A stretch of DNA of 18,000 nucleotides from Eledone cirrhosa (GCA_964016885.1 CAXHJY010001350.1:1-18000), one strand, 5' to 3'. Positions 1 to 8,506 are shown, counted from the stretch's first letter. Translations and numbers: made by a program. The notes: generated from the sequence alone by a model not told the origin.

Positions 1-238
1 CTTCTTCCTTTTCCAGCCTCACTTTCATATAGATTATATTTTTGTTTTTAAAATTCAATGTCAATAAATACACCAGTATTTTTTCATTCTGATGATTGAA
101 AGCAAAATTTGTTTGCTTTCTAGAAACCACTGGTAAATGAAATAATTGCCTTATGTTGTTTATCACATAACTATTAAGCTCTGTAACCTACATAGAGCAT
201 TCTTTTTTCCTGGACCTTTCCGACGGATTTACTTCATT

Positions 239-270
<32 letters not shown>

Positions 271-312
271 AATATATATATATATATATGAAATATTATA
301 TATATATATATA
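239..312. repeat. (TA)n microsatellite with two GAAAT interruptions, merging into the first satellite monomer
   Basis: Directly visible TA run; TATGAAATAT occurs twice, 26 bp apart; its right end supplies the TATATATAAATGG of monomer 1. Confidence 0.95.
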
Positions 313-334
313 AATGGTGTCCCCCAAAATGTAT

Positions 335-394
<60 letters not shown>

Positions 395-452
395 CAAGCT
401 ACAGACACATGTCTCTCTCTCTATATATAAATGGTGCCCACCCAAAATGTAT

Positions 453-501
<49 letters not shown>

Positions 502-564
502 GAGATAGCAAGCTACAGACACATGTCTCTCTCTATATATAAATGGTGTCCCCCCAAAATGTAT

Positions 565-633
<69 letters not shown>

Positions 634-719
634 TAGCAAGCTACAGACACATGTCTCTCTCTATATATAAATGGTGTCCCCCCAAAATGTATATACAGAG
701 AGAGAGATATAGAGAGAGG

Positions 720-751
<32 letters not shown>

Positions 752-808
752 GCTGGCTACAGACACATATCACTCTATCTATATAAATGGTGTCCCCCCA
801 AAATGTAT

Positions 809-850
<42 letters not shown>

Positions 851-1271
851 CGAGAGAGAGAGAGAGAGCAAGCTACAGACACATGTCTCTCTCTATATAT
901 AAATGGTATCCCACCAAAATGTATATACAGAGAGAGAGAGAGAGAGAGAGATAGCAAGTTAAAGACACATATCTCTATCTATATATAAATGGTGTCCCCC
1001 CCAAAATGTATATACAGAGAGAGAGAGAGAGATAGATAGATAGTTAGATAGAGAGAGAGAGAGAGATAGCAAGCTACAGACACAATGTCTCTTTCTATAT
1101 ATAAATGGTGTCCCCCCAAAATGTATATACAGAGAGAAAGAGAGAGAGGGAGAGAGAGAGAGAGAGATAGAGATAGATAGATATATATATAGAGAGAGAG
1201 ATAGCAAGCTAAAGACACATGTCTCTCTCTATATATAAATGGTGTCCCCCAAAATGTATATACAGAGAGAC

Positions 1272-1315
<44 letters not shown>

Positions 1316-1324
1316 AGATAGATA
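305..1324 (+). repeat. Composite minisatellite array, segment 1 (9 monomers; ~64-bp core + (AG)n/(GATA)n tail)
   Basis: Core AAATGGTGTCCCCCCAAAATGTATATAC recurs at ~312, 429, 541, 669, 785, 901, 987, 1102, 1237, each followed by (AG)n and (except the last) ATAGCAAGCTACAGACACATGTCTCTCTC. Confidence 0.97.
1315..1324 (+). repeat. Candidate target-site duplication, left copy (AAGATAGATA)
   Basis: Identical 10-mer at 1315-1324 and 6581-6590 directly flanking the element; the AA variant is rare in the array's GATA patches. Low complexity makes the exact length uncertain. Confidence 0.65.
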
Positions 1325-1331
1325 TATTTCT

Positions 1332-1337
1332 TTTATT
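1332..1337 (-). terminator. AATAAA polyadenylation-type signal at element 3' end
   Basis: Minus strand reads ...GCCCTAGTGGCAAATAAAAGAAA then microsatellite; same position in subfamily B. Confidence 0.7.
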
Positions 1338-1584
1338 TGCCACTAGGGCATCAAAAGTGGGACAAGTACAAAGGGGGGAGTTTACACAAAAAGGCGTCCT
1401 CAATAAGGAGGAGGCAATAACAAAATATAAAAATAAAATAAGATATAACAAAAAATAAATTTTTAACAAAATCCTCAATAGAGAGGAGGCGCCTTGGGGG
1501 GTCGCACACACCCCCGAAAAAGGTGTGCAACCCTTCTCAGGAGCACAGAGAAGGGGTGCTCCCTTGGTCTTTCATCTTCCTCAC

Positions 1585-1995
1585 CTATAGTCTGATGTAG
1601 AGTGAAGGCCCATTCACACGGGCCATTCTCGCCACTTTCACCCATCTTTCATAGAAACGGCTGGGGTGCAGCACCTCTCTCTCCATCCTGATCCTTCTTC
1701 CGAAATGATATCGGAAGAAACGGACCAGTTGTTGGCCAGAGAGAAAGGTGCCCGACCTCAGTCCTTTCAGACGCGTCCACCATACAACCTCTTTCGCCAT
1801 GGCTATTACGCACAGAAACACCGCCTCTGCTTCATCTTTGAAGGGGGGAGGCGGCTTGATCATTACAATAGACTCGGTGGTCAACCGGATCGGTCCCACC
1901 CTTGACAGCAGTTGTTCGACATAGCCCCACAGATCGGCTACGCCCGAGCAGTGTACTAATGCGTGTGCAACGGTTTCCTCGTCGCAGCCTACGCA
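1585..1995 (-). pseudogene. Out-of-frame ORF2 C-terminal fragment with zinc-knuckle remnant
   Basis: Extending ORF 1585..1899 upstream by hand gives (CV)GCDEETVAHALVHCSGVADLWGYVEQLLSRVGPIRL...AKEVVWWTR...SLYIRL*, the typical ETxxHxxxxC..W and AKxxIWxxR end of L1/Tx1 ORF2; it is in a different frame from the RT. Confidence 0.85.
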
Positions 1996-4567
1996 TCAAC
2001 AGCCACGGCATACCCAGCCCTCCTTTCGAAGGGTGCTGGCAGCAGATGGATCTCCTCACCATGGGAGGCCGCTTCTTCCAGAGGAACTGGAAGAGCATGC
2101 GTTCCATGATGGTGATCTTTTCCTTGGGGCAAGGCACGACGGTCAGGCGGTAGCAGATGACGGACGCTATGTAAGCGTTCGTCACCTCCGCCCGACCTTT
2201 CAGTGATAGTTTGCACTTGGCCCACTTCTGGGTCAGCGCAAACACCCTGCTCGTCACCTCGCCCCAATTCTTCTCCACCTGGAGGTCCGGTCCGAACCAG
2301 ACCCCGAGCAGCTTCACCGGGCCCTCCGTCCACCGCCCGACGACACCGTCTAACGGCATCGGTTTGCCCCTCCACGTTCCGAGTTGCAAACCGACTGACT
2401 TGTCCCGGTTCAGCCTAGCCCCCGTCAGCCTTTCGTATTCCTCCAGTAGGGTGGCGATCGCCCCGATTTCCGAGGCGTCCGCCACCATTACTGTTACGTC
2501 GTCGGCATAGGCCGAGACCGCTTTGTGCAATCCCGGTTCCAGGGGTATGCCCCGCAGCAACTCCAACTTCCGCAGCAGTGGCTCGAGAGTCAATACGTAC
2601 AGAAGGGAGGAGAGGGGGCACCCCTGTCTGATGGACCGGGTGATTTGAAACGGCTCCGAGAGGTAGCCGTTTACTTTAATCCTAGAGTAGATGTTGCCAC
2701 TGTGCATGGCAGAAATCCAGCCCCTGAAAACGGGTCCGAAGCCCGCCGCCGCTAGCACCGCTTCCAGGTAACCATGGTCGACCCTATCGAACGCCTTAGA
2801 TTGATCCAAGTTGATCAGGGCCCCACCAAAGCCGGGTTCGTTTCCAACCCTCTCTATGATGTATCGCATGAGGTGGAGGTTGTCGTGAATGGACCTGGAC
2901 GGGATAGCGCATGTCTGCGCATCTCCCACCAGGTTGCCCACGACAAGCGCCAACCTCTTCGCCAACACCTTGGCCAAAATCTGTAACTCTGCATTCAGCA
3001 GAGTTATGGGCCTAAAGTTACTTAAGTCGTCCCCCTTGCTCTCGTCCTTCCTCACTAGCGTGACCACGCCCTTGGTCACAGAACAGGGAATTCTCCCGTT
3101 CTGTTGCCAGTTGCAATAGACAGCCTCGAGGAGTTCGGAGAACAAGACCGGCATAGCTAAATAAAGTTCGTATGGTAGACCATCGAGACCCGGAGATTTG
3201 CGTCTGCTGCATTGGCTGAGCGCTTCCCCGATTTCAGTGGCTGTGATTGGCCTTTCGCAGCACTCCGCTTCGCCGCTCGAAAGACGCGGTAGACCGTCGA
3301 GGTATGGACCGAAGTCCACATCCCCGTCCGGCCCCCCGCCCCCTCCGAACAGTCGAGCAAAGTGCCTTTGAAAGGCCTCGCACATCCGCTCAGGTTCAAG
3401 GATCACCCGTCCATCCTGGTCTCGCAAAGACCGAATGGTGGATTTAATCCCACTCTTGGCTTCTGTCACGCGGGCCCAGCTAACAGCTTTGGTCCCCTCG
3501 TTTCCTAAAGCACGTATTTTACTTCGGACAACGCAGCCTTCGTGCTTCGCGTCAAAGAACTGGCTCAACGCCGTTCTAGCCGCTAACACTCTGGCTACGT
3601 CTCCGCTCCTAATCGCCTCTTCTAGTTTATCTGTTAACTCCCTTTCCTTCCTATTTCTATTCGCCGCTAGTTCCTTACTGTAACCTATCGAACTTACTCT
3701 AATCTCTCTCTTTAGAGATACCCACCACCTACTGTTGACAATCGCTCCCGTCAACCGCATCTTAACTAAGCTACTAATCCGGTTCCTGTAATCTTTCTTT
3801 GCCGGCAAGGACAAGTTCATCTTCCAGTAACCGGGACCCTGTCTATGCGTTCTATCAAGGTTGACCACGCAGGTCACTAATTTGTGATCTGAATAGCCAA
3901 CCATGATCAATTCTGGACAACTAAATACGTCCCTATCCTTACTCCTAACCAAAAACCTATCTAGGTACGATCTAGATTGTCCACTGCGGTTTGCCCAGGT
4001 CCAGGTTGGCGCAGTTGGACAATCTAGTCGAAATCTATCGACCAGGTCGAATCGATCGAGTAACCCCTTGAGGCTGCTACACCCCCCTCTATCGGGACAT
4101 GCCCCTGCATAGTCCCAACGCGCATCTAGGATTCCATTCCAGTCCCCCACTAAAAGCAGGGAACGCGACGTTCCTAGAAAAGTCTCCAGACGCTGGAAGA
4201 AGTCGGCTCTTTCAGCCCCGAAGGGGGCATAAAGACCGACCAGTCTGAAAGCCCCGCCTTCACCGCCTCCGACGTCCAGCACCAGTATTCGACCCCCCGG
4301 GTCCGAGTGAACAATCTGTACGTCGAGAGCCAGACGTTTATCCAGCAGTACGGCAACTCCCCCCCCCCCGCCTCCGGGTTGACAGAGAGATGCGTGCATC
4401 TCAAAGTCATCGAAGGCGGGAGCCAGCTGTCGCACGCTGCTGATCCGACTCTCGCAAACAACCATCACATCTATACTTCGTGACCTGAGGTCACTTAGTA
4501 GCTTTGCTTGCTTCCAAGCTGAGCCCAGGCCACGCGCGTTCAAACAGCCAACTCTTAATTGATCTAT
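1832..4567 (-). CDS. ORF2: AP-endonuclease + reverse transcriptase (native frame lost after ~1990; no ATG)
   Basis: EN motifs CLNARG, VCESR, GDWN (4136-4147), YLDRFLV, SDH (3884-3892); RT motifs PGLDG, FRPITLLN, LDQSKAFDRVDH, RQGCPLS, YADD (2498-2509), LLGV, then GGLG. The last ~50 aa of the 903-aa track ORF are read-through in the wrong frame. Confidence 0.93.
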   Translation of the reverse strand: MDQLRVGCLNARGLGSAWKQAKLLSDLRSRSIDVMVVCESRISSVRQLAPAFDDFEMHASLCQPGGGGGGVAVLLDKRLALDVQIVHSDPGGRILVLDVGGGEGGAFRLVGLYAPFGAERADFFQRLETFLGTSRSLLLVGDWNGILDARWDYAGACPDRGGCSSLKGLLDRFDLVDRFRLDCPTAPTWTWANRSGQSRSYLDRFLVRSKDRDVFSCPELIMVGYSDHKLVTCVVNLDRTHRQGPGYWKMNLSLPAKKDYRNRISSLVKMRLTGAIVNSRWWVSLKREIRVSSIGYSKELAANRNRKERELTDKLEEAIRSGDVARVLAARTALSQFFDAKHEGCVVRSKIRALGNEGTKAVSWARVTEAKSGIKSTIRSLRDQDGRVILEPERMCEAFQRHFARLFGGGGGPDGDVDFGPYLDGLPRLSSGEAECCERPITATEIGEALSQCSRRKSPGLDGLPYELYLAMPVLFSELLEAVYCNWQQNGRIPCSVTKGVVTLVRKDESKGDDLSNFRPITLLNAELQILAKVLAKRLALVVGNLVGDAQTCAIPSRSIHDNLHLMRYIIERVGNEPGFGGALINLDQSKAFDRVDHGYLEAVLAAAGFGPVFRGWISAMHSGNIYSRIKVNGYLSEPFQITRSIRQGCPLSSLLYVLTLEPLLRKLELLRGIPLEPGLHKAVSAYADDVTVMVADASEIGAIATLLEEYERLTGARLNRDKSVGLQLGTWRGKPMPLDGVVGRWTEGPVKLLGVWFGPDLQVEKNWGEVTSRVFALTQKWAKCKLSLKGRAEVTNAYIASVICYRLTVVPCPKEKITIMERMLFQFLWKKRPPMVRRSICCQHPSKGGLGMPWLLMRRLRRGNRCTRISTLLGRSRSVGLCRTTAVKGGTDPVDHRVYCNDQAASPLQR

Positions 4568-6379
4568 TTTGGTGTTGAAAGTGAAGAAAGAAAAGCACTT
4601 ACCTCTCCGGGTTGTGTAATTTCCATGGCGTCAGGTGTGTTGGGTGGAGGGATGTTTTGTGGTGGTGTGGGGGTGCCCGAGTGTGGTTGGGTTGGGATGT
4701 TTGGAGTTGTGTCGGGGTGAGGGGAGGTTATGGGGAAGTCTTTCAAGAGGACGCGATTTAACGGTTTTAAACAGGGGGGGCTCACGTCCTGTCTAAATTG
4801 TTCTTTTAAGGAACGATAAAGGTCCAGAGGGACCTTTATCATTTTTAAATGGGTGAAGTTCTCTGTTGAGATAAAGTTTGGCCCTTCGGTCTGCACCAAA
4901 GGGCTATTGTTTATTAATTTAAACAGTTTTTTGTTTTCTTTATTTATATATGTGTATTGTAATGTCTTTTTTTGTGATGCTGTCAATGTTTCGGAGAGGG
5001 GAGGCGCAGATTTATTTTTGTTTGTTGAGGGTGGGGTGTTTTTTATTGGAGTTGGTGTTTGTGTGTGGGTTATTTGTGGTGTGCTGGGTGTGTGCTTTCT
5101 TTTTTTTCTTTTAACTTGTCTGAAGGCTTCTCCTCCTTCTTCTTCAGAAGTTGGGGGAAACTCTTCAGAGCTAGGTGGGAGGGACGTCGTGTCTGGTTTT
5201 TTTTTTGCGGGAGGGGTAGATTTGTTGCTGTTTTTTTTATTATTTGTTTGGAATGCGTTTTGTGGTGGTGGTGGTGCTGTTTGTGTCGTGCTTGTGGTTG
5301 GTAATGGTGGTGATGGTGTTTGTGTTGGTGATGGTGGTGGTGATTTTTGTGTCGAGCTTGTGTTTGCTGCTGGTGGTGGTGATGTGCTTGGTGGTGTTTG
5401 TATTTTGTTTGCTGTGTGTGGTATTAGTGTATTTTTGGAGGTGGGTGGTGTTGGTGTACTGTTTGTGGTGGGTGTGGGCAATAGTCCTTTTTGGGGGATA
5501 CGTTTCGGGCAGTTAGCCTTAATGTGTCCCCTTTCCATGCATAAATAGCATGCTGGTCTTCTCCCCTCTACAATTATATCTATTGGGGTGAGCTCATCCA
5601 GCCAGATGCGATCCGGGATTTGTGCTATTCTTTCGGGCCTCATTTGGACTAGTAGGTCGAGGCCCATTCCCAGAAACGCATCTCCGGATGCCTTCCCCAT
5701 TGACAGCACTGTGTCCTCGCCCATGTCTATGAAGCCAGCAATAGCCCACCAGAAGTCCATTGTGGGCAGCATTGTTTGTATTTTTACTCTCTGTGTTCTT
5801 CTACCCATGTAGGAGGGATAGAAGCTGTATGTTGTCGATGAGAGTGGGCTTATGGAAAGCTTCTCCGCCGTTTCCTTGTCTTTTGTTAACACCGAAATGC
5901 TGCCATAGAGTCGGTCCTTTCGTATGAAGAGAATATTCTTCATATAGTCTTTTAGGACCAACTCTATTCTCCATTTGGCTGGGCTGTGCTGGCTTTCTTG
6001 TTTCGTTTAGGATTGTTCTGAAGAGAACTGTGTTCTCGGTTCTCGTTTTCTTGAATTCTGGGGGGGAGTTAATGGAAAACATTCCATTTTCCGCCAAAAC
6101 AATGTGTTTCTTTGCTTCGGCCAGTTTTTCTCTGGCGGCCGTTAGGTCAATTGGTGTGTATGTAATGGATTGTTTTGTTTTCTGGGCGAAAGTTGCCCTG
6201 TTGTTATTTGTATTATTTTCTGTTTGTTTGTTTTCCGTTTGCTCATTTTCCTTAACATTTGTTTTTTCATTTTCTTTGTTTGTTTCTTTGTCTAATTTTG
6301 TTGTAATTATTTTTTGTTCTTCAGACTTGGGGGGCGTGGCAGAGCTAATGGCAGACATGTCTGCCATCTTTTCCGCCAT
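4564..6379 (-). pseudogene. ORF1 (gag-like nucleic-acid-binding protein, ~605 aa if repaired), split by a frameshift near 5965-5972
   Basis: ATG at 6379 in good context (AGCATGG); N-part MAEKMADM...PSQME joins IELVLKDYMKN... by removing one base; CYLCMERGHIKANC knuckle at 5509-5550; Pro/Thr/Ser-rich linker; basic KRKKRK; stop TAG at 4564-4566. Confidence 0.85.
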
Positions 6380-6580
6380 GCTGCCAAGAACGAAATTTTT
6401 CGGCAAAATTAGATATTTATTTTACCCCCTAAAAAGGGGGTAAATGCAAAAATGTTTCCCTAAATAACAGGGGTTAGTGTTCCAAATGTGTTGCACTGAA
6501 AAATTTATCCGGTACTTACAATAGTAAGGGTAAATCCCGATAGAATAGCGGAGCCGATGTGAAGCGTGTCTTACTCTATC
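6380..6580 (-). promoter_or_regulatory. Retrotransposon 5' UTR (presumed internal promoter) with several hairpins
   Basis: Non-repeat sequence between the right TSD and the ORF1 ATG; perfect 10-bp inverted repeat 6421-6430/6435-6444. Promoter role inferred from non-LTR biology only. Confidence 0.55.
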
Positions 6581-6590
6581 AAGATAGATA
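6581..6590 (+). repeat. Candidate target-site duplication, right copy (AAGATAGATA)
   Basis: Matches 1315-1324; the array resumes in register (GATAGAGAGAGAGATAGCAAGCT). Confidence 0.65.
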
Positions 6591-6859
6591 GATAGAGAGA
6601 GAGATAGCAAGCTACAGACACATGTCTCTTTCTATATATAAATGGTGTCCCCCCAAAATGTATATACAGAGAGAGAGAGAGAGATAGAGCGAGAGAGAGA
6701 GAGAGATAGCAAGCTACGGACACATATCTCTCTCTTTATATAAATGGTGTCCCCCCAAAATGTATATACAGAGGGAGAGAGAGAGAGATAGAGAGAGAGA
6801 TAGCAAGCTGCAGACACATGTCTCTCTCTATATATAAATGGTGTCCCCCCAAAATGTAT

Positions 6860-6908
<49 letters not shown>

Positions 6909-7267
6909 AAGAGATAGCAAGCTACAGACACATGTCTCTCTCTCTATGTATAAATGGTGTCCCCCCAAAATGTATATACAGAGAGAGAGAGAGAGAGATA
7001 GAGAGAGAGAGAAAGAGAGAGAGAGAGAAAGCAAGCTACAGACACATGTCTCTCTCTATATATAAATGGTGTCCCACCAAAATGTATATACAGAGAGAGA
7101 GAGAGAGAGAGAGAGCAAGCTACAGACACATGTCTCTCTCTATATATAAATGGTGTCCCCCCCAAAATGTATATACAGAGAGAGAGAGAGAGAGATAGCA
7201 AGCTAAAGACACATATCTCTCTCTATATATAAAAGGTGTCCCCCAAAAATGTATATACAGAGAGAGA

Positions 7268-7301
<34 letters not shown>

Positions 7302-7364
7302 TAGCAAGCTACAGACATTTGTCTCTCTCTATATATAAGTGGTGTCCCCCCAAAATGTATATAC

Positions 7365-7401
<37 letters not shown>

Positions 7402-7804
7402 TAGCAAGCTACAGACACATGTCTCTCTCTATATATAAATGGTGTCCCCCCAAAATGTATATACCGAGAGAGAGAGAGAGTGAGAGAAAGAGAGAGAGAG
7501 ATAGCTACAGACACATATCTCTCTCTATATATAAATGGTGTCCCCCCAAAATGTATATACAGAGAGAGAGAGAGAGAGAGATAGAGAGAGAGATAGCAAG
7601 CTACAGACACATGTCTCTCTCTATATATAAATGGTGTCCCCCCAAAATGTATATACAGACAGAGAGAGAGAGAGAGCGAGAGAGAGAGAGAGAGCGAGAG
7701 AGAGAGAGAGAGCGAGAGAGAGAGAGAGCGAGAGAGAGAGAAAGCAAGCTACAGACACATATCTCTCTCTATATATAAATGGTGTCCCCCCAAAATGTAT
7801 ATAC

Positions 7805-7837
<33 letters not shown>

Positions 7838-7957
7838 TAGATAGAGATAGATAGATGGAGAGAGAGAGAGAGATAGCAAGCTACAGACACATGTCTCTCT
7901 CTATATATAAATGGTGTCCCCCCAAAATGTATATACAGAGAGTGAGAGAGAGAGAGG

Positions 7958-7989
<32 letters not shown>

Positions 7990-8054
7990 GAGAGCTAGCT
8001 ACAGACACATATCTCTCTATCTATATAAATGGTGTTCCCCCAAAATGTATATAC

Positions 8055-8100
<46 letters not shown>

Positions 8101-8293
8101 TGAGTGATAGAGAGAGAGCAAGCGACAGACACATGTCTCTCTATATTTAAATGGTGTCTCCCCAAAATGTATATACAGAGAGAGAGAGAGAGAGGGAGAG
8201 AGAGAGAGAGAGCGAGAGAGAGAGAAAGAGAGAGAGATAGCAAGCTACAGTCACATGTCTCTCTCTATATATAAATGGTGTCCCCCCAAAATG

Positions 8294-8357
<64 letters not shown>

Positions 8358-8506
8358 TAGCAAGCTACAGACACATACCTCTCTCTATATATAAATGGTG
8401 TTCCCCCAAAATGTATATACAGAGAGAGAGAGAGAGAGAGAGAGAGCAAGCTACAGACACATATATCTCTCTATATATAAATGGTGTCCCACCAAAATGT
8501 ATATAC

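Larger units (their letters stand above)
1325..6580 (-). mobile_element. L1/Tx1-clade non-LTR retrotransposon with both ends, defective (subfamily A)
   Basis: ~200-nt 5' UTR, ORF1 with CX2CX4HX4C, ORF2 with N-terminal APE endonuclease + RT + C-terminal Cys/His knuckle, 3' UTR ending AATAAAAGAAA, flanking direct repeat, no LTRs. Tx1 assignment rests on motif style (QGPGYWKMN, LDQSKAFDRVDH, RQGCPLS, GGLG), not a tree. Confidence 0.93.

Noticed and set aside
1-238. Possible exon or ORF end on the minus strand of the unique flank (GTAGGT at ~186-191; NEVNPSERSRKKECSM*)
   Set aside because: Too short, runs directly into (TA)n with no acceptor site; not supportable.
1666-4461. Small ORFs overlapping ORF2 on either strand
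   Set aside because: Alternative-frame by-products of GC-rich coding sequence.
1832-4543. Bacterial RT system (retron, group II intron, DGR) or telomerase
   Set aside because: N-terminal APE endonuclease, CCHC ORF1, AATAAA end and TSD identify a non-LTR retrotransposon.
4853-5548. 231-aa plus-strand Val/Gly/Phe-rich ORF (also 6030-6443)
   Set aside because: Antisense shadow of the A/C-rich ORF1; stop-poor by composition; no motif.
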